This document shows, piece by piece, positions 19,047-34,683 of a stretch of DNA of 64,000 nucleotides. Below the pieces are notes generated by a model that was not told the DNA's origin, searched no databases, and worked only from the letters and a program-made list of their open reading frames with translations. The position numbers were made by a program, and so were the translations under genes. Origin of the DNA: Blastocystis sp. Blastoise (taxonomy: Eukaryota > Protista > Bigyra: Opalinata); assembly GCA_039096225.1 (NCBI GenBank), contig JBBPEB010000015.1, positions 248,001 to 312,000 of the forward strand, in the 5' to 3' direction. Position 1 is the stretch's first letter; the number at the start of each line of letters is the position of its first letter.

Positions 19047-20767
19047 GATTGTTCTCCCAATCGACTTAGTGATTGTATATCAGTTATTCCGAATGAACCG
19101 TATTATTCAGTAGTAGACACAAAGAATACTAGTGGCAATAAAAAGGAGTATTAGTTCTATATATATATATGAAGATATATTTATAGTTATTCATTATTAT
19201 TCGGTGATTCTATTCCTAAGGCAATACACAAGATTATTGTATTTTATAATATATGATTATATATATATAGAAGGGACATTTATCTGAAGTCACTGGTCTT
19301 ATGTTCACACATGATTCGAGTGAACTGATATCTGTATATATAAAGAAAATAGAATTATATATATATATAATTATATATATATATAAATATAGACAGGAAA
19401 GGATGGATGGATTCATGTATGGGATACTTCAACAAGTATATATAGGATAGCCTTTATATATTAATTTATAAATACTTTTTTTTATATCATAATGAGTATA
19501 TAATAATAATAATAATATAATGAATATAACAAATAACTTATATATAATAATATAATGACAATATATATAAAGAGAAAGAAAAGGAGTCTTTGAATATTAA
19601 TATACCTGTAGTTTGCTTAGATGTATATAAAGATATTATAGCTGCAGGACTTGTGACCGGAACTCTGTTTATTTGGAATAGAAAAACGAATACAAAAAAA
19701 GTATATATATATAATATTCTATTATTTATGAACATCTTAGCACTATCTTTATCTTGTTTTCTATAATAATGAACAATAAACTCTATATTTTATCCTATAT
19801 TCTATTTTATATATTATGTGTTTGAATCTTCATAGTTTCTTCACGTACATAAAGGATTAGTGACTTGTATTCGTCTCTATAATTGTACAGTGTTCTCTAG
19901 TTCCTTAGACCGTACAATTAAACAAACAGATATCTATATGTCCACCTGCATTCAAAGTATCTCAATTAATAGTATTTGCTATTCATTTGATATATATGAT
20001 GAAACCACAACACTTATTTCAGCTCATATTGTATATATTTATATATATAATACTAAGTAACTTTTCTAAAAATAATCTTTATTCTATATTTATAGGATCA
20101 TCATATTCATCTTTGGAATATCCAAAATGGTCAAATTACAAATACATATACAAATATCCACTTTAAACCCATTACATGTGTCTTTATCAATTCTGGTATA
20201 TTCCTTTTTTATAATTTATATATATATATATATATATAAAGAAGAACTATTTGGATATAAACTTGTCACTACTTCTAAAGATAATTCACTGAAACTTATT
20301 GATCTCGAAGATCCTGATGTAATCATTTCCTATACGTATGTTTATCATTTTCTATCACAACTCTCATGTTAAATCGTTTTCAATAGAAACCAACATTATC
20401 AAAATACAAACGAATTTACAAAATGTTGCTTAAGGTAATCATTTATAAAAACAACTCATATATTTAAAAAATCATTTAAAACTCTATTTTTAACATATAT
20501 TTTTTATAGTCCACATAATACATATATTCTTGGATGTAGTGAAACAAATAAAGTCGTCATTTGGAATGTGTACACTGGAAAAACAGAACAAATCTTCGAC
20601 TATCATCAGTATGTTTATTTTAGTCTCTAAATCATCTTGAATATAGTTATATATATATATCCTAAATCATCTTTAGTTCACCAGTACATACATGTGCATG
20701 GAGTAAGAATAGTCAGATAATTGCAACAGGAGACACAAACGGCCTCATCATTATTTCAGCTGAATAG
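17595..20767 (+). CDS. ATG16: ATG16L-like protein (N-terminal coiled coil + C-terminal WD40 propeller)
   Basis: Coiled-coil exons, then SSSLDRTIK, SICYS, SAHIDHHIHLWN, TTSKDNSLKLIDL, SPHNTYI...IWNVYTGKTE, CAWS, in the order seen in ATG16L WD40 repeats. Confidence 0.7.
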
Positions 20768-21860
20768 ACAAACCTGAAGTTCTGCTCTTTTCATAAATTC
20801 AAATAATTTTTAAAACTTATCCTTTCTATGTTCTATCACTATATAAAAGTAAAATTAAATATAAGAAAATCAAATTTAAAGCAGTCTTGTAGATAAAAAC
20901 TGTTTTATGTAATATAATCTACTATTTTGCATTCTCTATAACCAAAAAAAAGACGGAACATTTTAGTGGTAGTTACAAAATGCATATTAAGGTCATAATA
21001 TACTAAAAATATATACCTATTAAAGAAAGCACATAAGAGTTAATAAACCAAGCTCAATAAGAAATATGAAAGAAATGAGAAATGACAACTCACAACCACA
21101 CAATTTGAATGAAATCTTTAGATAACAGAATCTAAATGAATCACGATTATTTAGCACTCAGAAAAAGCGGCAAAGAAATTTGAAAAAACCATGAAAAACT
21201 CATAAAAATAGCTTCCACGGTTTTTCATACACAATCTACTATAATATGAATAAAACATAGAATTGATATTATTTAATGAAGTCATTTTATTGGATGCACT
21301 TATTCAGATCTGAAAAATGGAATCGCAAATATCTTCCACGTTTTGTAAGGAGTTTTAGTAGAAACAGAAGAAATGCTGAACGTATAGTTGGCTTTTTTAA
21401 ATATTTTTTATTTGTTTATTCAATATATGTGAGTTTTGTTTATAAAATATCGCTTTATCAATCTTTCTGAGATATCTGCTTTTCCTGTTTCTTCTAATTT
21501 TTCGCAAACAATCACTTATGAAATTATCTAGAATTTTCACATCGAAACTTTTCATAAAACTAATAAATCCGATATGAATATCATTTTAAAAAGCAAATAT
21601 TTCAAAGAGAGAAGCAACATAATTCTAATACAATTATTCGCTTCTTTGTAACGTAGTTTTTTCATTTTTCGATAAATATTTAAAAAGAAAATCCTTATGG
21701 GAAAACTCTCTATGTTATCTATAAGATTCTGAAATAGAAAAATTGTTTCAAACTCTGCGAATCAATAACAAGACGGATTCATCAAAGAATATGAAGAGAA
21801 AAGGATGTGTCAGGGAATTACTTCGTTCCTCAGTATTTTTAAAGTTCTCTAAGGTTCACT

Positions 21861-21967
21861 AGCCAATAAGAATGATCTTAAGACAATAATTGTCAGAACT
21901 ATTGGTTACCATTCCGATTCCTCGAGAATAGCCAATCAGATAAAAGATCCTAATAGACGGGATTGGA
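21861..21967. promoter_or_regulatory. Cluster of four CCAAT/ATTGG boxes upstream of the ankyrin gene
   Basis: agccaataag (21861), attggtt (21901), agccaatcag (21930), gattgg (21961), about 300-400 nt before ATG 22264. Confidence 0.4.
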
Positions 21968-22263
21968 GGCTGGTAATTTTGAATTTCTGATGTCGACAAA
22001 TTGATTGTGTGGAGGACATTAACCAACCATTCATTCAAATATCATCTTTTCCATTCAACTTGTTTCTAATCAAAAATTTCATCCACATATACATCATTCT
22101 GTTTTAGATATATTTATTTGTTTTTTTGTGTATAAACTGTTTGGTTTCTTCTACCTCATTTTATTAGCTTTTTATTCTTGATAACATACAGTTTCTTCTA
22201 TTAAGAGTATTTTTTCTGTTTTTTTTATGCTAATTTCTTTTAGTGATTATTAACAATTCTAGC

Positions 22264-23901
22264 ATGACTGTTAAAAGTACTTCAGAACATCATGTTAACT
22301 TCTCTAACAATATAGATAGTGACAACTTCGTTGATTTTTGTGTATGTATTTCACTCTCCATCTCTGTTTATTATCATATTATCTTTATAGAAATTGTTTG
22401 GTGATGAATGTAGTGATTCTGTATCAGTCAATACTGATTCAGACTCCTATGATCATTTTTCTACTTTACCTAATCCAGAACAGATAAGTCGTTTAGTCAA
22501 TAAGAAAAATCATCATGGTATGACAACACTTATGTTTGCCTCTCGTGAAGGACATGTCAAGATTGTTGCTAAACTTCTTGAAAGTGGCGCCAGAATTGAT
22601 GATGTTGATGAACGTGGATATACAGCTCTTTATTACGCTGTTCGTGAAGGAAGAAATGGTATATACAACTATTTATTCAGTCTTATTTGAGTTTTCTTTA
22701 TTTTTATTTGTCATTTTATTATTTTTAATTTAATTTTATTTCATTTTTTATATGATTCTATATATATTATTTATAGATGTTGCGCAGTTATTAATTGAGA
22801 GTGGTGCATCTGTTGATATTACTCTCAATGGTGGTTTTTCTGTACTTATGTATGCTGCTAACAATGGTAACTGTGATATGATTCGTTTATTGAGTACTAA
22901 ATTAGATATCAATGCTCAAGATGATGAAGGATTAACTCCTCTTATGATTGTTTGTAGAAATAAACAAGTGGATGCACTTCAACTTTTACTTTCTATGCGT
23001 GCTAATCCATCTATAATTAATAAAGATGGATCAACTGCATTATGTATATGTATTCAAGAAGGTTTTGAAGAAGGTATTCATTTATTGAAACGATTTGGTG
23101 TCAGTTTAGATTATTTAGGATCTCATGAAATGCACAGTTCTCTCTATTACGCCTGTTCACTCAATCTTCGATCTATTGCTCGTTTCCTACTCGTTTCTAA
23201 TGCTGATTTCTTCCAATTTGTGCATGCTTCTTTAAAGAGTCCAAATAGTATTGCTCTTCGTGTTATTGATGTAGCTATTAAGGAATTATGGATTAATATG
23301 AGTGATGCTGTAAGAGAGAATATTCTTTCTGTTTGTTCTTATTATGTGAATACTTGTGGTCGTCTTTGTATGCGTCTTCTCTCCAATCATCCCATTCCTG
23401 TATCTACTTCCAATGTTGTGGATATTCTTCTCTTTTGTCTACGTATACTCAAATGGAATTCATCAGATAATAGTATTGAAATGAATTGTTGTCCTGGACT
23501 TTGGAATGCTCTAGATCTCTATATGAATGTCTTAACCAATCAACTACGTAGACAGCACAATCCAAAGAATGGAAATACTCATGTTGGTCTACCTTATTTC
23601 ACAAAACTAGTTATTACACTTCTTGATGCATATACATTGTGTTTCTCAAGTCGAAATATCTTATTCCAAAGTAATGACTCCCCAGTGTTTTATGGACATC
23701 AAATTATTAACTTCTTCAATAGATATAAAGGAACACTTGAGTATATATATTATTATTATTATTATAGTATTATATAATGTTAATATTACCATTAATCCTA
23801 TTTCTATATATAGATATTTGAATAAGTCTTATCGAAATGTATTGTCCTGTTTAAAGTATTACCCTGCTGCCTTCTATCAACCGGAAATCTCTCAGGTATA
23901 A
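22264..23901 (+). CDS. Ankyrin-repeat protein with a HACE1-like middle region and no HECT domain
   Basis: ANK motifs GMTTLMFASREGH, GYTALYYAVREG, GLTPLMIVCRN; later LWNALDLYM and LLDAYTLCFS. 4 exons; TAA 23899-23901. Confidence 0.8.
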
Positions 23902-24916
23902 TAGTATCTTAGGGCCCTTTATTCGCGGGAATATCCTTATGTTGTAGACACTTCTTGTAATCCTTGATCTTCCATTGGGTTATCGTGTGTCGTCACTACT
24001 ATTTCCCCTATGCAGTTCAATTCCTCTTCATATATACTCTTTCTCTTGTTTCCACTTTCCTTGCTTTAGTATGTATATAGAATTCTATGGTTTTAGATAT
24101 CTTTATTATATGTTTTATTGAATCGTTTTTTTCTTTTTAATTTAATTTTTCCATTTTTTTTTTTTAATTGTATATTCAACTTGATATTATTTTCAATTCA
24201 GTACTACACTTATTTCATTTCTTTTATATAAATTTAACTATTATGTATATATATATTGGATAAGGTAGTCTTCATCATGTATATTTGTTGTCTATATCCA
24301 TATATATACCTTTATTTAATCCATATTGTCTATATTATATTTATATATATATTGTTTATTTGTTTTTAATATTTTTCACTTTTTTCTTTTAATATTTTTC
24401 ATTTTTTTCTTTTAATATTTTCTACTTTTACTATAATTATCCATAAAATTATTTTATAAATCACATTTTTTTCTATCGTTTATAAAGATGTCTTATATAC
24501 ATATGCATTGCTTATTTTTAATATATCCTGTATATAATTATATTTGTTTATCAATATCTTGTTTTTATACAGAATATGTATACATAAGCAGCTATTTGTT
24601 TAAATGGGTATTTTTTCTACTATTTTTTATTTGTATTATAGGATGGTTGTATTATATATTATTTGTTCACTATTTCTTTGTTTTTCCTCTTCTTTGTTAT
24701 TTGTTCACTCTATACATTTTTAGAGAGCTCTTGTTTGCGTATTTTTCCTATTTGTTTTGTTCTTTATCATGTTCCATCATTAAAATATATTTATAACACA
24801 AAAAAAAAACATAAATCCAAATGATAATATAACAAAACAAAAACATTTATTTATTAATTTTAATTTATTCATAAACTAATACCAACAATGGATTAATACC
24901 ACAAAAATATACTATT

Positions 24917-25285
24917 TTAATTCTTTAAAGCAGCTTTCTCGCATTCTGTAATTTGACGATCAATAGAGTTCACATTATCAGCAATATCATTTCTTAATAT
25001 TTCTATATCATGTTCAAGATCATCTGTAGATTGCTGTAATGTTTGATTAAAGTAGTAAACACCAACAGCAGTCGCTGACACAATCCCTAAGAACGCAGCC
25101 AATACTCTTTGAGACATCTTACTCTTTGGTTTCTTTAATTCTTCAAATTTTTCAACTTCTTTAACAGCCTTTTTAGTAGCTACTCTGACATTAGAAGGTA
25201 GATTCTTTGTAGCTTCTTTAACACTTGTAAGATTTGATGAGAATCTCACATTTTTTAGGAGTCTTGGTACTACTCTAGAAAACAT
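24917..25285 (-). CDS. Small intronless protein with a mitochondrial-type presequence, one TM helix and a coiled coil
   Basis: MFSRVVPRLLKNVRFSS presequence; VLAAFLGIVSATAVGVYYF TM; heptad-rich tail. Confidence 0.75.
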   Translation of the reverse strand: MFSRVVPRLLKNVRFSSNLTSVKEATKNLPSNVRVATKKAVKEVEKFEELKKPKSKMSQRVLAAFLGIVSATAVGVYYFNQTLQQSTDDLEHDIEILRNDIADNVNSIDRQITECEKAALKN

Positions 25286-25650
25286 CGTTGATTCAATAGT
25301 GTTTCTAATTCAAATAGATTCTTCTAAGTCGTCTGGAACGTAAGAATGATATTTATCATAAAACAGTTCACCAAGCAATTTCTTTTATTCTCAAGCAACT
25401 TTGCTCTGATTTTGCTAAAAAGGAAAAGTCTCTGTTCATTACCGAGTTATCAGTACTATTCAGACTTTTTCTCCAAATTATGAATAGATGTCCCCGTAAA
25501 TATACATAGAAAATGACTACAATATATATTTTTAATTTTTTATTTTTTTTTCAGTCAATAATAAACAAAAAGGAAATATTTTTGTCTATAAAACACATCT
25601 AGATATAATATTTCAATTCTTAGATATCTATAAAAGGATTATTGTGGATT

Positions 25651-27862
25651 ATGGAAATGGAGTATGAATAAATTATTGATTATTTTATCATAATGTCGTA
25701 GAACTAAAGATGAACCTTTCATTGTAGCTATCACTCGTGGCAAGACTCTTTGTGATATTCTCAGAGAGTTCTCAGAACATGTTTCTAAAGCCGGTGAATT
25801 TAGTAAAAATACGAAATTAGGAAGAGTAATTGAGAAGGATGGCTATTACGCTGGTTTATTTGCTCTTTATGAACGTTGGCTTCTTATACAAGAACTGAAG
25901 GTTTGTTTTAGCTATTTTATATAATTTATTTGTTTTATTCCTATTTAGTCAATATCAATATTCTAAAATATATAATTATAGGGTAATTGTCGAGAAGACA
26001 TATTAATTCCGTCGGATCCCCAAGTCTATCAATATACTATCGATGAATTCTTCACATCCGATATTTCTTTAAAGAAGTCAATTGAACTCTCTACAGAACT
26101 ATGTAATATATGCAGACGTAAACAAAAAGAATTCCAAGAATTCTCTAAAAGTATTTTTGAATGAAATAATAATTATTATTATTATCATTATAATATATAT
26201 ATATATATATACCATATATATATATATATAGATCAAATTCAGAATGATAATGACACGTTGAGTGTGACTGACGATCGTTCTTATTATACCTTTTCTTATA
26301 TGGGTAATCCTCAATCTATTTTGAAGACTTATTACGCTAAGATGTTTTCTCTCTATGGTCGTGCAGGGTATAATACTGAAGATATCAAACTCTTTGAAAA
26401 ACGATTATTTCTTACTCTTGTCAGGTATATATATATATATATAGAATTATTGTTTATTGTCTTCATAAGAAATATTATTACTGTTTTTATATAATGAATT
26501 TTTAAACTCATTATTTTGTTTTTATTCAAGTATTTTGATTTTAAATCTTATTTCTCTCCTTCTCTGGATCTTCTATGCTATATTTTTCTTATCTATATTC
26601 TATTCTATTTTTGTCTTCAATTTATATTATTTTCTTTTAGTTTTTTTCTTATTTTTTTCGTCCATCTCTCTTATTATATTCTCTCTTATATATCTTCATT
26701 ATACATCTTATTATATATCTTTATTATATATCTTCATTATATATCTCCCTTCTATTCTCCCTTCTATTTTCTCTATAGATATGCTGATATGAGTGGTAAA
26801 GTTCGTGGTTATCAGATGGCTCTTCCTAATAAGGTGTTTCATATACTTGTGGATCAAATGAAAGTATCTCATGAATGTTTTGCAAGTCCTTTTAATTGTT
26901 ATGAACCACTTGGATCCTACTGTAGTCGATGTTTAGATACAGATCAGTATTTCGGATCTAAAGGATCTTTCTTTGATTTCTACCCTGAAGAGGGATCTTT
27001 TGAGGCCAATCCCCCGTTTGTGGAGGAGTGTATGCTACGATGTATTACTCATATAAAGAAGCTTCTTAACAATACTCTTAAGCCTCTCTCTTTTGTACTT
27101 ATTGTGCCTAATTGGAAAGATTTTGCTTGTCTTTCCTATCAACTTACTATTTGGAAAGATTTAGACAGAAATGAGAAGAATGGATTTCTTGTTAAGGAAA
27201 TCACGGTGTCCAGTCAAAATCACGTGTATCGTAACGGCATGGGTCATCAAGAACAATGTAAAGATATGTTTGCTAAAGCAGATAGTATTTTATTTGTGTT
27301 ACAGAATGAAGCAGGGCGTGTCACATATCCTTGGACTGACTCTATTGAATCGGAGATCTTGCAAGCCTGGAAAGAAGGTGATGAAAACTTACCACGTGAT
27401 GCTAACAATTACAAAACGAATTATTACAATAAGAAAAATAAGTATAATTCGAATAAATATGGAAATAATTCTACTGAATATAATAGGAATAATACTTCTA
27501 GAAGATATGATGAGAATGATAGGAATAATAGATCTACATATAATAATAAGATAGTTCATGATAATGAATCAAGTTATTACTCTTCAATAAGACGTTATCA
27601 GGATTATAATAATGATAATAGAAATAATTATAGTGATAATAGAAATAATTATAATGATAATAGAAATAATTATAATAATAATAGAAATAATAATAATGAT
27701 AATAGAAATAACTATAATAATGATAATAGAAATAATTATAATGATAATAGAAATAATTATAATAATGATAATAGAAATAATAATTGGCATCAACATCATA
27801 ATTACTCCTCAAATCATTATGAAAACCACGAGAATCGAAGAGATTCTCGGGACCGTTATTAG
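25651..27862 (+). CDS. PCIF1: PCIF1/CAPAM-like cap-specific adenosine N6-methyltransferase (start uncertain)
   Basis: YERWLL...DILIP helical domain; GYQMALP, ECFASPFN, YCS...DTDQYFGSKGSFFDF, GSFEANPPF, PLSFVLIVPNW, LQNEAG. Confidence 0.85.
27600..27785 (+). repeat. Coding 21/24-nt tandem repeat, (N)NDNRNNY
   Basis: Repeated aatgataatagaaataattat units in the PCIF1-like C-terminus. Confidence 0.85.
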
Positions 27863-28540
27863 TGTAACTGTAGTGACACAGTCTCTGTCATTCCTCTAAA
27901 TTCTTCTCAAACACTTTTTTTTTATTTCTGTATTTTCTTTTTTGTAATTTATATTTGATATATTGAAGATATTTTAGAAGGCTATATATTTTTTTATTCT
28001 CTGTTTTCTTTTATAAACTATCCATATATTTATATATATGTATATTTTTTTTTAATTTTTTCTTTTTTGATTTCAAGTTAAGTGTTTTTGCTCTTTTGCC
28101 ATTCCATTTCTTTGCTTTTATTTAGTACTTATTTAATTATACGTTTGTTTATTGTTTTCTAAAAGTTGTTTTTAATGAAAAAAATATAAAAAATCAAAGT
28201 AACTTTTAAAAAGAATGTGTTTTATATTTTTGGTTGCGTAGTTTATCAATAAATAGAAACAACTGAGACATGTTAATAAACAAGGAAACACTACATAATA
28301 ATACTGATGATTTACGAGTATAACAAGAAGATCCAGTAAAAAGAAAGAAAACAAATCCGAAAAAAGAAAAAGGAATTCATAAAAACATGAAAAAACTTGA
28401 AAAATATGTATTATAAATAGATAAATGCAAAAGATACAACAAACAGATAATAAGGAAATGGCAATATCTTGATAAATATACATTGTATCTCTTAAAATAT
28501 ATAGGAGATTATATAATATATATATAATATATATATATAT

Positions 28541-31281
<2,741 letters not shown>

Positions 31282-31611
31282 AATCTTTTTTATGAATCAA
31301 ATAAAGACTATAAAAGCAATTAATTAAACGAAAAACTCGTCGGAAAAAAACAAAATAATCACAAGAATTTAGCAAAATAACAAAAAGAAAGCTACTTTTT
31401 TTATCAGACAAAAAACATGAATTCCCACAATTATCGTCCTCTACATCAATTCTCATATTACCTCTTCAAAATACGAAAAGTGATCGATTTTATGCAGACT
31501 CTTTATAGTACTCATATTTTTTTCTGATCACTTTTCATTCACAAGTATATTTCCATTCTTTTTTTATAAACCATATTTTCATTATTGGATTTATTTTATT
31601 GACCTTGTAAA

Positions 31612-32503
31612 ATGGCTATCTTAAAGAAGAATAAGAGAAGACAAATTGTTGCCGATGGTGTTTTTTATGCCGAACTTGATGAATTCTTAACCAGAGAATT
31701 AGCTCAAGACGGTTATGCCGGAATTGAAATCAAGAAAGACCCTATGTGTACTTCTATTATCATCCGTGCTACTCGTACTCAAGCCATCGTTGGTGAAAAG
31801 GCTCGTCGTATTAACGAACTCACCAGTGTTGTCCAAAAGAGATGGGTTCTCTATATATAATACTGCTAAACTATATGTTTTTCTAAATTAATTTGAAACC
31901 TAAATCTAAATAATTGGTAGTAATAAAATAAAATTTATTTTTTTTTTCTCAAAAGAGATGGAACTTCCCTGAAAATGCTGTCAAGATGTTCGCTGAACGT
32001 GTTTACGTCCGTGGTCTCTGTGCTGCTACTCAAGCTGAATCCCTTAAGTACAAACTTATTGGTGGTCTCCCCGTTCGTCGTGCTGCTTATGCCATTATCC
32101 GTAACTGTTTAGAAGATGGTGCTAAGGGTGTTGAAGTTATTGTTTCTGGTAAGCTTCGTCAACAAAGAGCTAATGCCATGAAATTCAAGGAAGGTTACAT
32201 GCTTAAGACTGGTCATGGTGTTGAAGACTTCGTTGCTGTTGGTAAGAAACACGTCCTCATGAAGCAAGGTGTTCTCGGTGTTGTTGTCAAGATCATGCTT
32301 CCTCAAGATCCTAAGGGACTTTATGCTCCTAAGAAGAATCTTCCTGATGTAGTCATTGTCCATGAACCTAAGGAATATCCTGCTGTCGTCGTTGCTGAAC
32401 CTGTCGTATATATTTAATATATATTTATATAATATAATATCTATGTTTATATATTCTATACAAGGCTGAAGCCGTCGAAGCTACCGAAGCTAAAACCCTC
32501 TAA
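31612..32503 (+). CDS. RPS3: 40S ribosomal protein S3 (uS3)
   Basis: [48 protein letters not shown]; 3 exons, last 32465-32503. Confidence 0.98.
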
Positions 32504-32621
32504 ACAAATAGTACGTTAAGTACAAGGTTAAATAACAATCCACGTTATAATCATTCTTTTGTTTTTACTTATCCGCAAAAATAAACAAAACACATTTATA
32601 ATAATCAAATATATATAATTT

Positions 32622-33250
32622 TTAAACGGACATTTTCTTTGTTTTTTTCTCTAAATGTATTAATGCTTTATCAGCTGTCATAAAGAACGGTGAATGATAT
32701 ATTATATTATCAAAACATGAATGATAAGGTAATCCTAAACAATGTAAATGAAGATGTTTGATTGAATGAAATGGACGAACATGAAAACCATATCTAAATT
32801 ATATAGGAAATATTGAAATAGAATTTTAAAAAAATACTTGATTCCTTTGTATTGTTCTCCTTGAGATTCCATTATTTGTTCTCCAACTTTCATCATATGT
32901 TTTACTATTTTAATATTTATTATTTATTTTATTTATTTTATTTATTATTTATTTATTTATTAAATATATCTATATTTATATGTAAATATAAAAAAAAATA
33001 CATAAATCAATATCATTAACACCTAATACATGAACATCAATAATATGAACTTTTGGGATGACTAGAAAATGACCTAAAGCATGTGGATACTTATCTGGCA
33101 TTACATAAACAAATTCATCCTAATAGAGAAAAAAAATATTTCAATTTAATAATTAGATTTATATCGAAATTATCTTTGTACTTCATATATAATAGTTTTA
33201 GACTGAGGACTCTTACGATCATTAATATCACAAAAAATACATGACTTCAT
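32622..33250 (-). CDS. HINT3: Histidine triad nucleotide-binding protein, HINT3-like (4 exons; not in the ORF track)
   Basis: MKSCIFCDI...IIYE|DEFVYVMPDKYPHALGHFLVIPKVHI...|LKHMMKVG...|YGFHVRPFHSIKHLHLHCLG; HxHxH triad; all introns GT-AG. Confidence 0.9.
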
Positions 33251-33570
33251 TCCGATGAAATAAAAAACAACTGATTTATAAATATATCAAACTGTATAGA
33301 AATCTAAATAACTTTGCTAAACAGATGGTTCTTATTAATTATATATTGAAAAACAACTTTTATATCGAATTCTTAGAAGCGTTATTCTAACGATTTTATG
33401 TTATAATTCTCAAAAATCTTCTCTATTCTTTTTGCTCTTTAAAAGTATTTAAAAATAATAAAAATATTATTACTGTATATGTATCTATTCGTACTATTCA
33501 TATTACTAATACATATGATAAAAAAAGTTTTGAAATGTCAATTTATTGAAAAACGCATTTTTATAAAAAT

Positions 33571-33642
33571 AGGCTCTACCGGGATTTGAACCCGGATCGC
33601 AAGATTCAGAGTCTTGTGTGATAACCATTACACTATAGAGCC
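33571..33642 (-). tRNA. tRNA-Gln (anticodon CTG), intronless
   Basis: GGCTCTATAGTGTAATGGTTATCACACAAGACT-CTG-AATCTTGCGATCCGGGTTCAAATCCCGGTAGAGCCT: acceptor stem GGCTCTA/TAGAGCC, anticodon stem CAAGA/TCTTG, GTTCAAATC T-loop. Confidence 0.96.
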
Positions 33643-34222
33643 ACTACTAAATTATTTTCTACAGTATTATATTTATTTCTTATTTGGAATTCAGAACAAG
33701 TATATTAAAATATAATGTATAAGAAGAAGTAGAGCATTTAAAATAAAATAAAAGCATGAATATTAGTTTCTGCTTAAAATAAATGATAAATTTCGAGTTA
33801 TAAAAGAAACCCGAAATTGAAATAGTTTTTACATTGATATTATTGTTTATAATGAAATAAGGTTCGTACATAAGATACATTAAAGTTCAATAAAAGAAAC
33901 AAGACAGTACTATAATAAAATAATGATCATTCACTGTTGCTAATATGTAAAGATAATAGTAAATAACATGGTCATTGAAGCGAGAAATATTACGATAGAT
34001 GAAAAAACATATATTAATTAGTATTTGAATCGTTATTCACATTTTATAACGAAACCAAATGTTTGGAGGAAAAAATGAAAAATTACTCCAAAGATTTCAT
34101 TATAATTATAGGAATAGAAAAAATCATGAAGATCTTACTATTATTTTGTTGCTTTCTATTTCTATTGATACTCTGAGTATATAATTTCAAATTGTGTATT
34201 TAAGTAATGTATATAGTTAAGA

Positions 34223-34648
34223 ATGAAAATAACTCTTTCAACAAATACAAATCAAAGTCATACTTTTGATGTTATTCCAGGAGAAACTGTACAAGATTTT
34301 TTACTACGTGCTCTTAATTCTTTTACTTTGGGAGAAGGTGATTATGACACAGCTGCTATAGCTAATGGAGACGATTGGTTAGACTACAGTACTCCTATTG
34401 AACAATATGGTCTTGAAGATAGATGTGATCTCTTATTATATTTACCTTCAGAATATAAAGAACAAGAAGAACAAGCAGTAGATTACGATCAACCTATTAG
34501 TTATGAGGATCAACCAGAACCTGTGGAAGCTGTACATGCTATGGATACTGATTCGAGTGATTCCGATATCGATGATGAAGAAGATAAAGTAGATGAAGTT
34601 ATTATTTCTAATAATCAACAACAAGGTGAACTTATTGAAGAACCTGTT

Positions 34649-34683
<35 letters not shown>

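Noticed and set aside
23896-23960. Extra ankyrin-gene exon via a 17-nt intron
   Set aside because: Much shorter than other introns here and would add only 15 aa; unsupported.
33571-33642. Suppressor tRNA or alternative genetic code
   Set aside because: The anticodon is CTG (ordinary Gln); TAA and TAG end genes, and conserved exons have no in-frame stops.
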